Part shown: in pieces, positions 1 through 8,481 of the stretch
Numbering within the stretch: the first letter of the stretch is position 1
How the letters are laid out: each line of letters opens with the position of its first letter
Assembly: GCA_963758495.1 (NCBI GenBank)
Contig: CAVWVI010000004.1
Coordinates: 128,001 to 192,000, forward strand
Direction: 5' to 3'
Origin: Oligoflexia bacterium
Lineage (GTDB): Bacteria > Bdellovibrionota > UBA1018
Length of the DNA: 64,000 nt
Program-made: the position numbers and the translations under genes
The notes under the pieces: model-generated
Seen by the model: only the letters and a program-made list of their open reading frames with translations
What the model was told of the DNA's origin: nothing
Database searches by the model: none

Positions 1-912
1 ATTATCTTGATTTGTCTTTAAAATGTCATCCACTGCAGAAAGATAAAAATTTAGCTTTCCAGCATGCTCCGGTTTAAATGGAATCGCCTTGAGTTCCACT
101 ACGACGTAACAGCGCAATTTGAGGTGATAAAAAAGCAAATCTAGGAAGTAATCATCACCCTCTATTGTAAGCTTGTACTGACTTCCTAAGAAAGAAAACC
201 CGGTTCCAAGTTCTAAAAGAAATTTACTGATATTTTGAATTAAAGCTGCTTCAATTTCTCTTTCCTTAGCCTTGGATGTGACAGTTAAAAAATCAAAATT
301 ATATGGGTTTTTAAGCATTTGGATTGCAAGGTCAGATTGAGGAGCAGGCATTCTGTCCTTGAAATTTGAAACCTTTCCAGAATTCCTACCTTGCCTATGA
401 TAGAGATCCTGCTCGATTTGCATGACCAATATATTTCTTGAAATTCCATTCGTTATGGTATTTTGCGCATACCATTCCCGTATTTTATCGTCTTTTACTT
501 GTTGCATGAGAACGACAATATGTCCCCATGGCAATTGCGAAACAGCCTGTTTCGTAATTGACTTAGGATAGAGCGATGAAAATTGGGACATTAATTGCAA
601 ATTTCTAACTGAAAACCCATGCGATCCAGGAAAAGCCGACTGTAAATCATGTGAAAGTTTCTCAAGAAGCTTGCTTCCCCATTTCGTAGTAGACTGCCTC
701 TCTATAATCTCTTTTCCGAGATGTCAGTAAAAACCAATGAGTTCCTGATGCACAGCCCGAGAAGCTTTAAGTTGAGCCAACTGATACCGCTTCTTTATAT
801 CAGCTAAAAAGGACTTATAATTTGAATTCACCTTGAGAGGGGTGATAGCACTCTCATTTTTGAGCAGGGTCGATTTTGCTTTCCCTGCTTTTGAAGTGGC
901 TTTTCGCTTCAT
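1..912 (-). pseudogene. YhcG/DUF1016 PDDEXK nuclease-family gene interrupted by an in-frame TGA (runs off window start)
   Basis: ORF 724..912 ends GFY*; the same frame continues HLGKEIIERQSTTKWGSKLLEKLSHDL...LPWGH...KNPYNFDFL...FLLELGTGFSFLGSQY...DLLFYHLKLRCYVVVELK...GKLNFYL, typical of DUF1016; TGA at 724-726 replaces the conserved Trp of the YW motif. Confidence 0.85.
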
Positions 913-935
913 CTATGTATCCTTATGTTTTTCAT

Positions 936-2855
936 TTATACCAACAAATTACACAATTCTTCCCAACGTGCGAGTTTTTCACCCAGCGTTTTTTCAAGAA
1001 GCCTTTGTTCCTCAAGTAAGCTGAGAGTAAGCGCCTTATCTTCGTAGGTGCTAGAATCCGCCAAAGTAGTGTGCAATTCGGCTTGGCGTTTTTCATGTTT
1101 AGAAATTTCAGTCTCAAGGCGATCTCGCTCTCGCTCCCAAGATCTCTTTTGATTATGGGAAGGCGCACCCGATCGAACCGAAGGAGCTGCCGCAACCTCC
1201 GCTTTCTTTTTGGAGGATTGCGGAGCCATCGCAGAAGCTGCTTCTTTTAGCTTCTTCTCTAAGTAGCTTTCATAGCCTCCTAAAACCTGAACGACACGAG
1301 ATCCTCTTCCAGGGTCTTCCTGAGGTTCAATTTCAAGAACAGAGTCCACCAAAGGGGAAACAAAGGAACGATCATGAGAAACGATACAAAGGGTTCCCTC
1401 GTAGTCTTGAAGACTCTCTAAAAGAACACCCCTCGATTCAACATCCAAGTGGTTGGTGGGTTCATCTAGAATCAAAAAATTAGAAGGAGACAGAAGAAGT
1501 TTGGCGAGCGCAACTCGAGCTTTTTCCCCCCCAGATAGAACGGCGCATTTTTTTTCAACTGCAGTTCCAGTAAAAAGAAAGGCTCCCGCAATCGCTCTCA
1601 CCTGGCTAATGGGCATATGAGGAGCTGTTGATTCCAACTCTTGAATGATTGTTTTATTTAAATCTAAGCTCTCCGCTTGAAGCTGGGCATAATACCCTAC
1701 TTTCACTTGGTGCCCGAGCTTAAGCATGCCCTCCGTCGGGGCTAGTTGACCACTCAGAAGCTTAAGTAGGGTGGTTTTTCCTGCCCCATTGACTCCCACA
1801 ATAGCCACACGAGAACCTCGACTGATGACCCAATCTAAATCTCTAAAAACCGTCTTTTGCCCAAATCGAACTGCCGCGTTCTGAAGAGTAACGACTTCCT
1901 TGCCACTATGAGGAGCAGGTGGAAACCGAAATCGAACTGAAGCTTGAGCATCAGAAAGTTCAATCCGCTCCATTTTTTCCAATTGCTTAACCCGACTTTG
2001 AGCTTGTCTTGCTTTGGTTGCTTTTGCGCCAAATCGAGCGATGAAACTTTCCAGCTCTGCAATCTTAGCCTGCTGACCTTCATATTGTGCTCTGAGTACA
2101 GTCAGTCTTTCTTCTTTTTGTTGAGCATAAGACTCGAGATTTCCGCGATAGATCCAAAGCTTATGTTGATCAATCTCCAATACTTCATGAACGATTCGAT
2201 TGAGAAATGCCGTGTCATGGCTAATCAGGAGCATGGCTCCCTTAAATTGCTGTAAAAACTCTTCCAGCCAAAGAAGCGACTCTAAATCCAAGTGATTCGT
2301 AGGCTCATCGAGGAGGAGAATGTCAGGATCCATTAAGAGCACTCTTGAAAGTGCCACTCGCATCAACCAGCCCCCACTAAACTCAGTCAGAGAGCGTTCG
2401 AAGTCTTTCGCCTTAAATCCCATTCCAGTGAGAATTTCTTTAGCACGAGCCTCTAGACGATATTCATCTAATTGTTCAAGTTCTTCTAAAATTCGTCCAT
2501 AACGCTCTAATGCAGCTTCGTCGGCTGGATCTTTTGTAAATGATTCTTCCAACTCCTGCCGAGCCTGAACCAATTCCTCAAGTCTCCCATCCATTCTCAT
2601 GACTTCGGCCAAGACGGTTCTCCCACCCAACTTTGGCACTTCTTGTGCGAGGTATCCGATTGCAAGATGGTTGGCTCGAGTGACTTTTCCGGAATCTGCT
2701 GATTCCAGGCCTAAAAGGATTTTAATTAAGGTACTCTTGCCCGCACCATTGGGTCCAATCAACGCAACTCGAGACCGATGACCGAGGTGCGCCTCTGCAT
2801 TCTCGAAAAGAACCTTCGACCCGTACTGCTTAGAAATTCCATGAAGATGAATCAC
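936..2855 (-). CDS. ABC-F family ATP-binding protein
   Basis: Two ABC domains (GPNGAGKS, FSGGW, LLLDEPTNHLD; GVNGAGKT, LSGGE), linker KATKARQAQSR, C-terminal coiled coil, no TM segments. Confidence 0.95.
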   Translation of the reverse strand: MIHLHGISKQYGSKVLFENAEAHLGHRSRVALIGPNGAGKSTLIKILLGLESADSGKVTRANHLAIGYLAQEVPKLGGRTVLAEVMRMDGRLEELVQARQELEESFTKDPADEAALERYGRILEELEQLDEYRLEARAKEILTGMGFKAKDFERSLTEFSGGWLMRVALSRVLLMDPDILLLDEPTNHLDLESLLWLEEFLQQFKGAMLLISHDTAFLNRIVHEVLEIDQHKLWIYRGNLESYAQQKEERLTVLRAQYEGQQAKIAELESFIARFGAKATKARQAQSRVKQLEKMERIELSDAQASVRFRFPPAPHSGKEVVTLQNAAVRFGQKTVFRDLDWVISRGSRVAIVGVNGAGKTTLLKLLSGQLAPTEGMLKLGHQVKVGYYAQLQAESLDLNKTIIQELESTAPHMPISQVRAIAGAFLFTGTAVEKKCAVLSGGEKARVALAKLLLSPSNFLILDEPTNHLDVESRGVLLESLQDYEGTLCIVSHDRSFVSPLVDSVLEIEPQEDPGRGSRVVQVLGGYESYLEKKLKEAASAMAPQSSKKKAEVAAAPSVRSGAPSHNQKRSWERERDRLETEISKHEKRQAELHTTLADSSTYEDKALTLSLLEEQRLLEKTLGEKLARWEELCNLLV

Positions 2856-2866
2856 AATCGTTCAGC

Positions 2867-3901
2867 TCATTGTAGGGCCGAAGCTTGCATTTCCACTGGA
2901 ACTTGCAAACCGGACTTCCGCGCATTGGACTTAGTTTGAGAAACTGCATCACCGCCACGTGTCACTCGACAAAAAAGCCCCATTTTTGGATCAGAAATAA
3001 ACTTGATCAAGAGTTTTGTCCAAGACATATGATAATAAAGGTGGTTGTAAAACTCCGGTGCTAATGCCCGAACTTTTGGCAAATGACGCCAGGATACTCT
3101 CATCAAATCATGATGCTCATTATGATAACCCACATTAAAAGAAAGTTGATTCAGAGGACCATAATAGGAATAGGTCTCTTGCTTTTGATAAACCACGTAA
3201 TGTTCTTGAATCCAGCGGGCCCCTACAGGATGAAGGCCAATTGAAAAAATACTCGCTAGAGCGAGATAAGCCAAAGCGCCCCCCCCTGCAAAATAAGTCA
3301 TTGAAACGAGAAATGCTACTTCCACCACAAGATTCAGAGCTACCCAACGATTGAAAAATTCAATGCCTTTTAAAAAGGGCACCCTGACCAATTGGGATGC
3401 AAAATAGAAAAAATACCAAACAGATTTTCTAAAAGTTGAATTTTTCACCCAGGAGACTTCAAAAGGACGAGGTAAATCTGCATCTCGGTCCATATCTCCC
3501 TGATAAATGTGGTGTTTAATATGATAAATTCTAAACGAGATCGCAGAGGGAAAAATAATCGGTAAATTTGCAAAGATTTGAAGAAGGGAATTTGCCTTTG
3601 TACCCTTAAATACTAAATTGTGAGTACATTCATGAATTAAGGCCCAGAGAGCGTGATTCGCGATTGCGCCCACAGTATAAGCGGCAATCAGAATCCCCCA
3701 CCATGGCAGATGGGCTACACTGATAGCCACGACCACTTGTAATAATACGATTCCTAAAACATAGCCTGCGGTTGAAGGCGTGTTTCCAAATAGCTTTTTT
3801 ACTTCAGGATGTGCTTTGAGGATTTTCTGAGTTCTCTCAAGATGAGGCTCTGGATAATCCACATGAATTGTCTTAAATTGCTCCACGATGACCTCTTTCA
3901 A
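2867..3901 (-). CDS. Sphingolipid delta(4)-desaturase (DES1/DEGS)-like fatty acid desaturase
   Basis: His boxes HECTH, HIKHH, HNEHH; N-terminal EPHLERTQKILKAHPEVKKL; GLHPVGARWIQEH and ETYSYYGPLN motifs. Confidence 0.85.
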   Translation of the reverse strand: MKEVIVEQFKTIHVDYPEPHLERTQKILKAHPEVKKLFGNTPSTAGYVLGIVLLQVVVAISVAHLPWWGILIAAYTVGAIANHALWALIHECTHNLVFKGTKANSLLQIFANLPIIFPSAISFRIYHIKHHIYQGDMDRDADLPRPFEVSWVKNSTFRKSVWYFFYFASQLVRVPFLKGIEFFNRWVALNLVVEVAFLVSMTYFAGGGALAYLALASIFSIGLHPVGARWIQEHYVVYQKQETYSYYGPLNQLSFNVGYHNEHHDLMRVSWRHLPKVRALAPEFYNHLYYHMSWTKLLIKFISDPKMGLFCRVTRGGDAVSQTKSNARKSGLQVPVEMQASALQ

Positions 3902-4000
3902 TTCAACCCGAATGAATAATAGTGAATAATAATGCTGTTGAAGTGGATACTATGTTGATTTAGGTAGAAATTCAACTCCTGAGTCTTTAAGAAGATTATT

Positions 4001-4873
4001 ATGAAAAATGACTTTAATCGAACCCCCTACTTCAAAGGCTGGGCAAAACCAGGTCCACAAATCCCGGATCACAACCCCAATGATCTCAGCCTCAACCCTA
4101 CTGAAGAAGAGAGTTTAGATGCTCTTTGTGGGCATTTCAGAATTTTTCAACTCAAAAAAGGACATCGCTATTCTACGGATGACGTCCTCACCGCCTGGTA
4201 CGGCTCAACCTGGTGTCCCAGCGCGCAAACTGCGCTTGATTTAGGGAGCGGAATTGGATCTGTCGGAATGATTGCTGCCTGGAGGCTTCAGGGAGCCCGT
4301 TTTGTTACCATTGAAGCTCAAGATATCAGTGTCGCACTGGCTAAAAAATCAGCTCGGTTTAACGGAATCGAGAGTCGATACGAAATTCGTCACGGTGACT
4401 TTCGAGATTCAACATTACTTGATGAAAACGAAAAATTTGATCTCATTTTAGGAAGCCCCCCCTACTTTCCTTTGGACGCTGGGATTCATGGAGACCATCC
4501 TCAAAAAATCGCTTGTCGATTTGAAGCACGTGGAACCATTGCCGACTATTGCCAAGTCGCCTCTCAACATCTGAATTGGGGCGGTCTCTTTGCATGCGTA
4601 TTCCCCATTCTCCCTGATGATCAAGCCAAGAGAGTGGAAGAGGCTGCCCAACAAAGTCAGCTCACGATTATTCGTAAACGTCCCATTGTTTTTAAGGAAG
4701 GCTCCCCACCCCTGCTTTCAGTCTTCGCCATGGTTCGATCGGATCATTTACCGGAGCACTTTCGAGATAAAACTTGGTCTGAGCCCCCTTTGATTATCCG
4801 TACTCAAACCGGAGAAGCTCACCCCGAATATGCTGCACTCAAACTCGCAGTGGGCTTACCGCCTACTTATTAA
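4001..4873 (+). CDS. SAM-dependent methyltransferase, tRNA1(Val) A37 N6-methyltransferase (YfiC/TrmN6)-like
   Basis: GHRYSTDDVL, LDLGSGIG, SPPYF, ACRFE motifs. Confidence 0.8.
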   Translation: MKNDFNRTPYFKGWAKPGPQIPDHNPNDLSLNPTEEESLDALCGHFRIFQLKKGHRYSTDDVLTAWYGSTWCPSAQTALDLGSGIGSVGMIAAWRLQGARFVTIEAQDISVALAKKSARFNGIESRYEIRHGDFRDSTLLDENEKFDLILGSPPYFPLDAGIHGDHPQKIACRFEARGTIADYCQVASQHLNWGGLFACVFPILPDDQAKRVEEAAQQSQLTIIRKRPIVFKEGSPPLLSVFAMVRSDHLPEHFRDKTWSEPPLIIRTQTGEAHPEYAALKLAVGLPPTY

Positions 4874-4986
4874 GTGATATTAAATTAATCCATCAACAAT
4901 ACAGGGATGAACTTCCGATTCTGACACCAGTCCGTTTTTTACTTGCTCCACAAGCGAATTTACTTTTCGTACCCATAGCTTTCTCC

Positions 4987-5481
4987 TCAGCCAAGAACTC
5001 TCTTCTGGCTTGGAACGTATTTGTTCATGACTTCACCCAAATGCGTTTTTGCATAGTACAGATTACATGCTCTGCAAGCAATCCGATAATTTGAGCGCTG
5101 GTTCGTACCACCTAGAGCCAGCGGAATTTTGTGATCCACCTGAAGATACCTTCTATTTGTACACCGACGCCCATCTAAAGTGACATGCTCACATTGTCCT
5201 CTGGCTCGTCTCATAACCCACCTACGATCCTCTACCGAAATGTATTTGCGAGGTGTAGGTTCGCTAAGAGGTAGAGTGATAGTTGAAGCTACCTCATCTG
5301 TAGCGGTGGACACATTCTCAAGTTCTGCTAAGGTGGTTCCCATCTGTTTCTTCTCTAAAGCTTCCACTTTTTCTCGTGCAAGACAGTCCAAAATATCAGC
5401 TTCATGCCGAGCAAGCTTAACAGAATAACTGAGCAATTCTCCATCTGACAGAACCGAAACATCTTCAACAAAAGTAATCAT
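4987..5481 (-). CDS. HNH endonuclease domain protein (possibly internally deleted)
   Basis: RARGQCEHV...RCTNRRYLQVDHKIPLALGGTNQRSNYRIACRACN. Confidence 0.8.
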   Translation of the reverse strand: MITFVEDVSVLSDGELLSYSVKLARHEADILDCLAREKVEALEKKQMGTTLAELENVSTATDEVASTITLPLSEPTPRKYISVEDRRWVMRRARGQCEHVTLDGRRCTNRRYLQVDHKIPLALGGTNQRSNYRIACRACNLYYAKTHLGEVMNKYVPSQKRVLG

Positions 5482-5641
5482 AGATAGAAGTACAATATAT
5501 AAAAAAATGATAATTTAAGAGGCATTTTGACAGAAATTATATTTTTAATATCCATCGCTGATCGTAATAAAATGCTAAAAACTGCGAATTGATTTTAAAA
5601 GAATTCAAAAATATATCCGTCCTTTCAATTTCTCTTCGAGG

Positions 5642-5697
5642 TCTTGTTTACGATACGGCGAAGCCGGTGCGGCCTGGATGGCCGCAAGTAAACAAGA
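5642..5697. repeat. T-shaped palindromic element (three-way junction)
   Basis: TCTTGTTTAC (5642-5651) pairs with GTAAACAAGA (5688-5697), enclosing hairpins CGGC-GAA-GCCG and GCGGCC-TGGAT-GGCCGC. Confidence 0.6.
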
Positions 5698-5886
5698 AAC
5701 AACCATGGAGCGGGCGTTAGCTCGTCAAAGGATCTTTCAATATAAATAATCAAAAATAAAACACTATTTGACCCATAGATTACAGTGAATCTTCCCATTG
5801 AGTTTAAGAGCTCATAACAGATCTGGATTACAAAACTCGGTTGGTTGTTTTCTTGATATTTAAAGTACTGTTGGTTAGCTAGATAT

Positions 5887-6126
5887 TCATTTGACGTAAT
5901 AGATACTGAGTGTCTGGGTTTGATTTTTGAAATGAGGCTTTCCCATTTCCTTTTCAAATAATGTCTTAGGCTTTGCCATAGTATGTCCCTACCTTTGTTC
6001 GAGCTTGATAATCTTTTTTAAAGCGTATTGCCGTTTTTAAGGAGGAACTTTGCCGTCATGCGTTACATAGAATTCCACTTCAAAAGTCTTTCCACTGTAA
6101 ACGCGATAGCTGTCAGGTAAACTCAA
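5887..6126 (-). pseudogene. Remnant of a RelE/HigB(Gp49)-type toxin plus truncated antitoxin
   Basis: TTG start 6126: LSLPDSYRVYSGKTFEVEFYVTHDGKVPP*, out-of-frame tail KTAIRFKKDYQARTKVGTYYGKA*, overlapping MAKPKTLFEKEMGKPHFK... (start 5979) that stops after 30 codons. Confidence 0.55.
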
Positions 6127-6150
6127 AGTTTCTCTCCATCTCTTTAAAAT

Positions 6151-6197
6151 TCTGATCTGATCTGATCTGAATCGGGTCAGAAACTGATCTGATCAGA
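6151..6197. repeat. Short TCTGA pentamer tandem repeat with inverted copies
   Basis: tctgatctgatctgatctga...tcagaaactgatctgatcaga. Confidence 0.5.
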
Positions 6198-6326
6198 ACT
6201 TCAATATTTTGACGCGAGCCTCTATGAATTAACGGAAACCTGTACTTCTTCGCGCGCTTCTCGCAGGAAAACAATTTTTAAAGTTTTTTATTTTTTCGCC
6301 GATGGTTAATTGGAGATTATATACAA

Positions 6327-7766
6327 ATGAGACCTACTCAAAAACTATTCTGTTTTGCAATAGTCATTAGCGCATTGGGGATTCAATCCATAATGAGCAA
6401 TGCTCTAGCAGATCATACTTTTGATCCTGCTCAACTCAATGCTCCTCAATTAACAATCACTACACTTTTTACTGAAGTTCTATCTGATCCAGAAAATTAC
6501 AAAGGCTGGAAAGTCGCTGGAGTAGGTGTTGAAGAACTCATGGAATGGAAAGCGCAGATTGCTTACGTAACAAAAGCAAATCCAGAATGGAATACTATTC
6601 AGATGTCTGCCGTGACTCAGTCTCCCATTCTCTTAAATAAAAATAACCTTGGTTTTTTTGAATTCAAGGAGGGTGATTCTAAAGTTAAATGGAACGGCTC
6701 ACAAATGGGTTACGAATATATCTTTGACCCCAAAACGCTGATTACTCATGGGCATTTGTTTGGACTTCACTTTCACACGTCTCAGAGCCATCCTATTTCA
6801 TTCTATCTCATCAAAGATATCCCTATAAATACGCCAAAAGAGCAGTGGGTCTCCCACTCTAGCCTGGCTTATGAGTATTATGAAAACGGAAGACGCATGG
6901 ATAGTCGTGGAGAAACTAGAGTTGCTCATGCTTTTTTCAAAAAGGCAGCACTTGTTGACCCAGGAGCAATGGTCCTCGTAGGAAAAAGATTTGAAATGGG
7001 TGCGGGCGTACCCCAAGATTTACAAGAGGCGACTCAATGGTATGAAGAAGCGGCCAGAAATGGAAATTTTGAAGCTCTTTTTCTTCTGAGGCGGCCAAAA
7101 TTTAAAGAGTTTGTACACGCTTGGGTAGAAAGACAGAAATCATCACCCCAATTTTCAATAAGCCATACGGACGGATTGAGTAACATCTCGTGCTTAAAAC
7201 TAGAGAGTAGCATCTCTCATTTACAATCAAGCGAAGGCACGAGTGTGTCTCTGCAACCGGGGCATGATTCACCCCTCACTCAATCAGGTCAAGAGCAACC
7301 CGGCGCAGACTCAAGCCCTGAATCAGGTCATCAGCCTGGCACTCAAAATTCTTGCATGACTCAGAGCGGGGAAATATTTGTATCATTAGGGAATGATCCC
7401 GTTCTCGGTGAAGCATGGTTGAGTCCTTCAAAGGTGATTTGGTATGATATAGCTAGGACCCCTCGAGGAAAATCTCGTCTTATGGGTCAAATAGATGCTA
7501 TGAATTTTTGCGCGAGCCAAACCCCTCCTGCTCGTCTTCCTACCCGGGAAAATTTCCACGAATTAGCCCAACAATTGGGAGTAGGTAACGTGTCCGGCTA
7601 CTCTCCTCAACCGCTTTCCAGTCTCAAGGGAAATTGGTTTTGGTCGGAATCCACTCATGACTATAATCCTGATAGTGGCTTTTACTTCAATGGTAGCAAA
7701 GGCACGATTGATAGCACTCCTCGAAGAAGCCCCTTAGTGGTCAGATGTGTGCGGTATTATCGCTAA
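6327..7766 (+). CDS. Secreted protein with Sel1-like repeat and C-terminal DUF1566/C-type-lectin-like domain
   Basis: Signal peptide; AMVLVGKRFEMGAGVPQDLQEATQWYEEAARNG (Sel1); AMNFC...RLPT...WFWS...FNG...VRCVR C-terminus. Confidence 0.7.
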   Translation: MRPTQKLFCFAIVISALGIQSIMSNALADHTFDPAQLNAPQLTITTLFTEVLSDPENYKGWKVAGVGVEELMEWKAQIAYVTKANPEWNTIQMSAVTQSPILLNKNNLGFFEFKEGDSKVKWNGSQMGYEYIFDPKTLITHGHLFGLHFHTSQSHPISFYLIKDIPINTPKEQWVSHSSLAYEYYENGRRMDSRGETRVAHAFFKKAALVDPGAMVLVGKRFEMGAGVPQDLQEATQWYEEAARNGNFEALFLLRRPKFKEFVHAWVERQKSSPQFSISHTDGLSNISCLKLESSISHLQSSEGTSVSLQPGHDSPLTQSGQEQPGADSSPESGHQPGTQNSCMTQSGEIFVSLGNDPVLGEAWLSPSKVIWYDIARTPRGKSRLMGQIDAMNFCASQTPPARLPTRENFHELAQQLGVGNVSGYSPQPLSSLKGNWFWSESTHDYNPDSGFYFNGSKGTIDSTPRRSPLVVRCVRYYR

Positions 7767-7794
7767 TAGCTTAACTTTTTTAACACTCCAGTAT

Positions 7795-8472
7795 TTATTG
7801 GATTTTAAAAATACGCGAAAGTCTCTCTCTCGCCATTTTTCCAAATAATCCACCCCGTCTCCACCATGCAGAGGGATGAGGGATCTTCTCGCCCAAACGA
7901 AGTGCGATCTCAGAAGCACCCAGAGCACGACTTACAAACCATTCTGAATCATTTCCTAAACAATGAATAGGGACATCTTTTAAAGAAGGATGCTGTAACC
8001 TTTCCCCTAAAGAAGAGACTGCATCTTGAACAGATCGAGTATTTTTTAATTTTTTAAAGGAGTAAGCCCCGTTCAGCTTACTGAATCCTAGGTTTTTGAC
8101 CGGTTCTGCACCTGGAAATAACTTGTCAATTTTAGGATCAAGGGGAAATTGAACTGCATTCATCACTACAATTTGATGATCTAAGCAGAATTTAAGGATT
8201 CGTTTCAATTCCACATCTGTGTTGGTTTGACCTTCTAATAACTCACTCAAGAGCCCCCACCACTGGCGTCCCGCTGCACCACACAGAGGTCGGCGCTCTT
8301 CTAGAACGTCTGATTCAACTTCATTAATATGAGGAGACTCGGCCACAAAAATATAACGAGGCTTCATCTTCTTAAGGGCACTTCGATCTTGTGGTGAAAA
8401 ATCCGGGACAAAATACCTTTTGTCTGGCCTACGTGAGGTCGACTTCTCAATTCTAGAAACTTCTTGCTGCAT
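7795..8472 (-). CDS. Uracil-DNA glycosylase-like superfamily protein
   Basis: IFVAESP, PLCGAAGR, MNAVQ, CLG, PHPSA motifs. Confidence 0.6.
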   Translation of the reverse strand: MQQEVSRIEKSTSRRPDKRYFVPDFSPQDRSALKKMKPRYIFVAESPHINEVESDVLEERRPLCGAAGRQWWGLLSELLEGQTNTDVELKRILKFCLDHQIVVMNAVQFPLDPKIDKLFPGAEPVKNLGFSKLNGAYSFKKLKNTRSVQDAVSSLGERLQHPSLKDVPIHCLGNDSEWFVSRALGASEIALRLGEKIPHPSAWWRRGGLFGKMARERLSRIFKIQ

Positions 8473-8481
8473 AAATATTCC

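Noticed and set aside
724..726. Genome-wide TGA=Trp recoding
   Set aside because: Many intact genes end in TGA, including ATGA overlaps, and Trp is TGG elsewhere
4900..4940. tRNA 3'-end-like sequence TTCCGATTCTGACACCA
   Set aside because: No cloverleaf or proper T-arm upstream and no second copy in the window
5625..5957. 110-aa ORF
   Set aside because: No recognisable motif; it spans the TA remnant and the palindrome, so probably spurious
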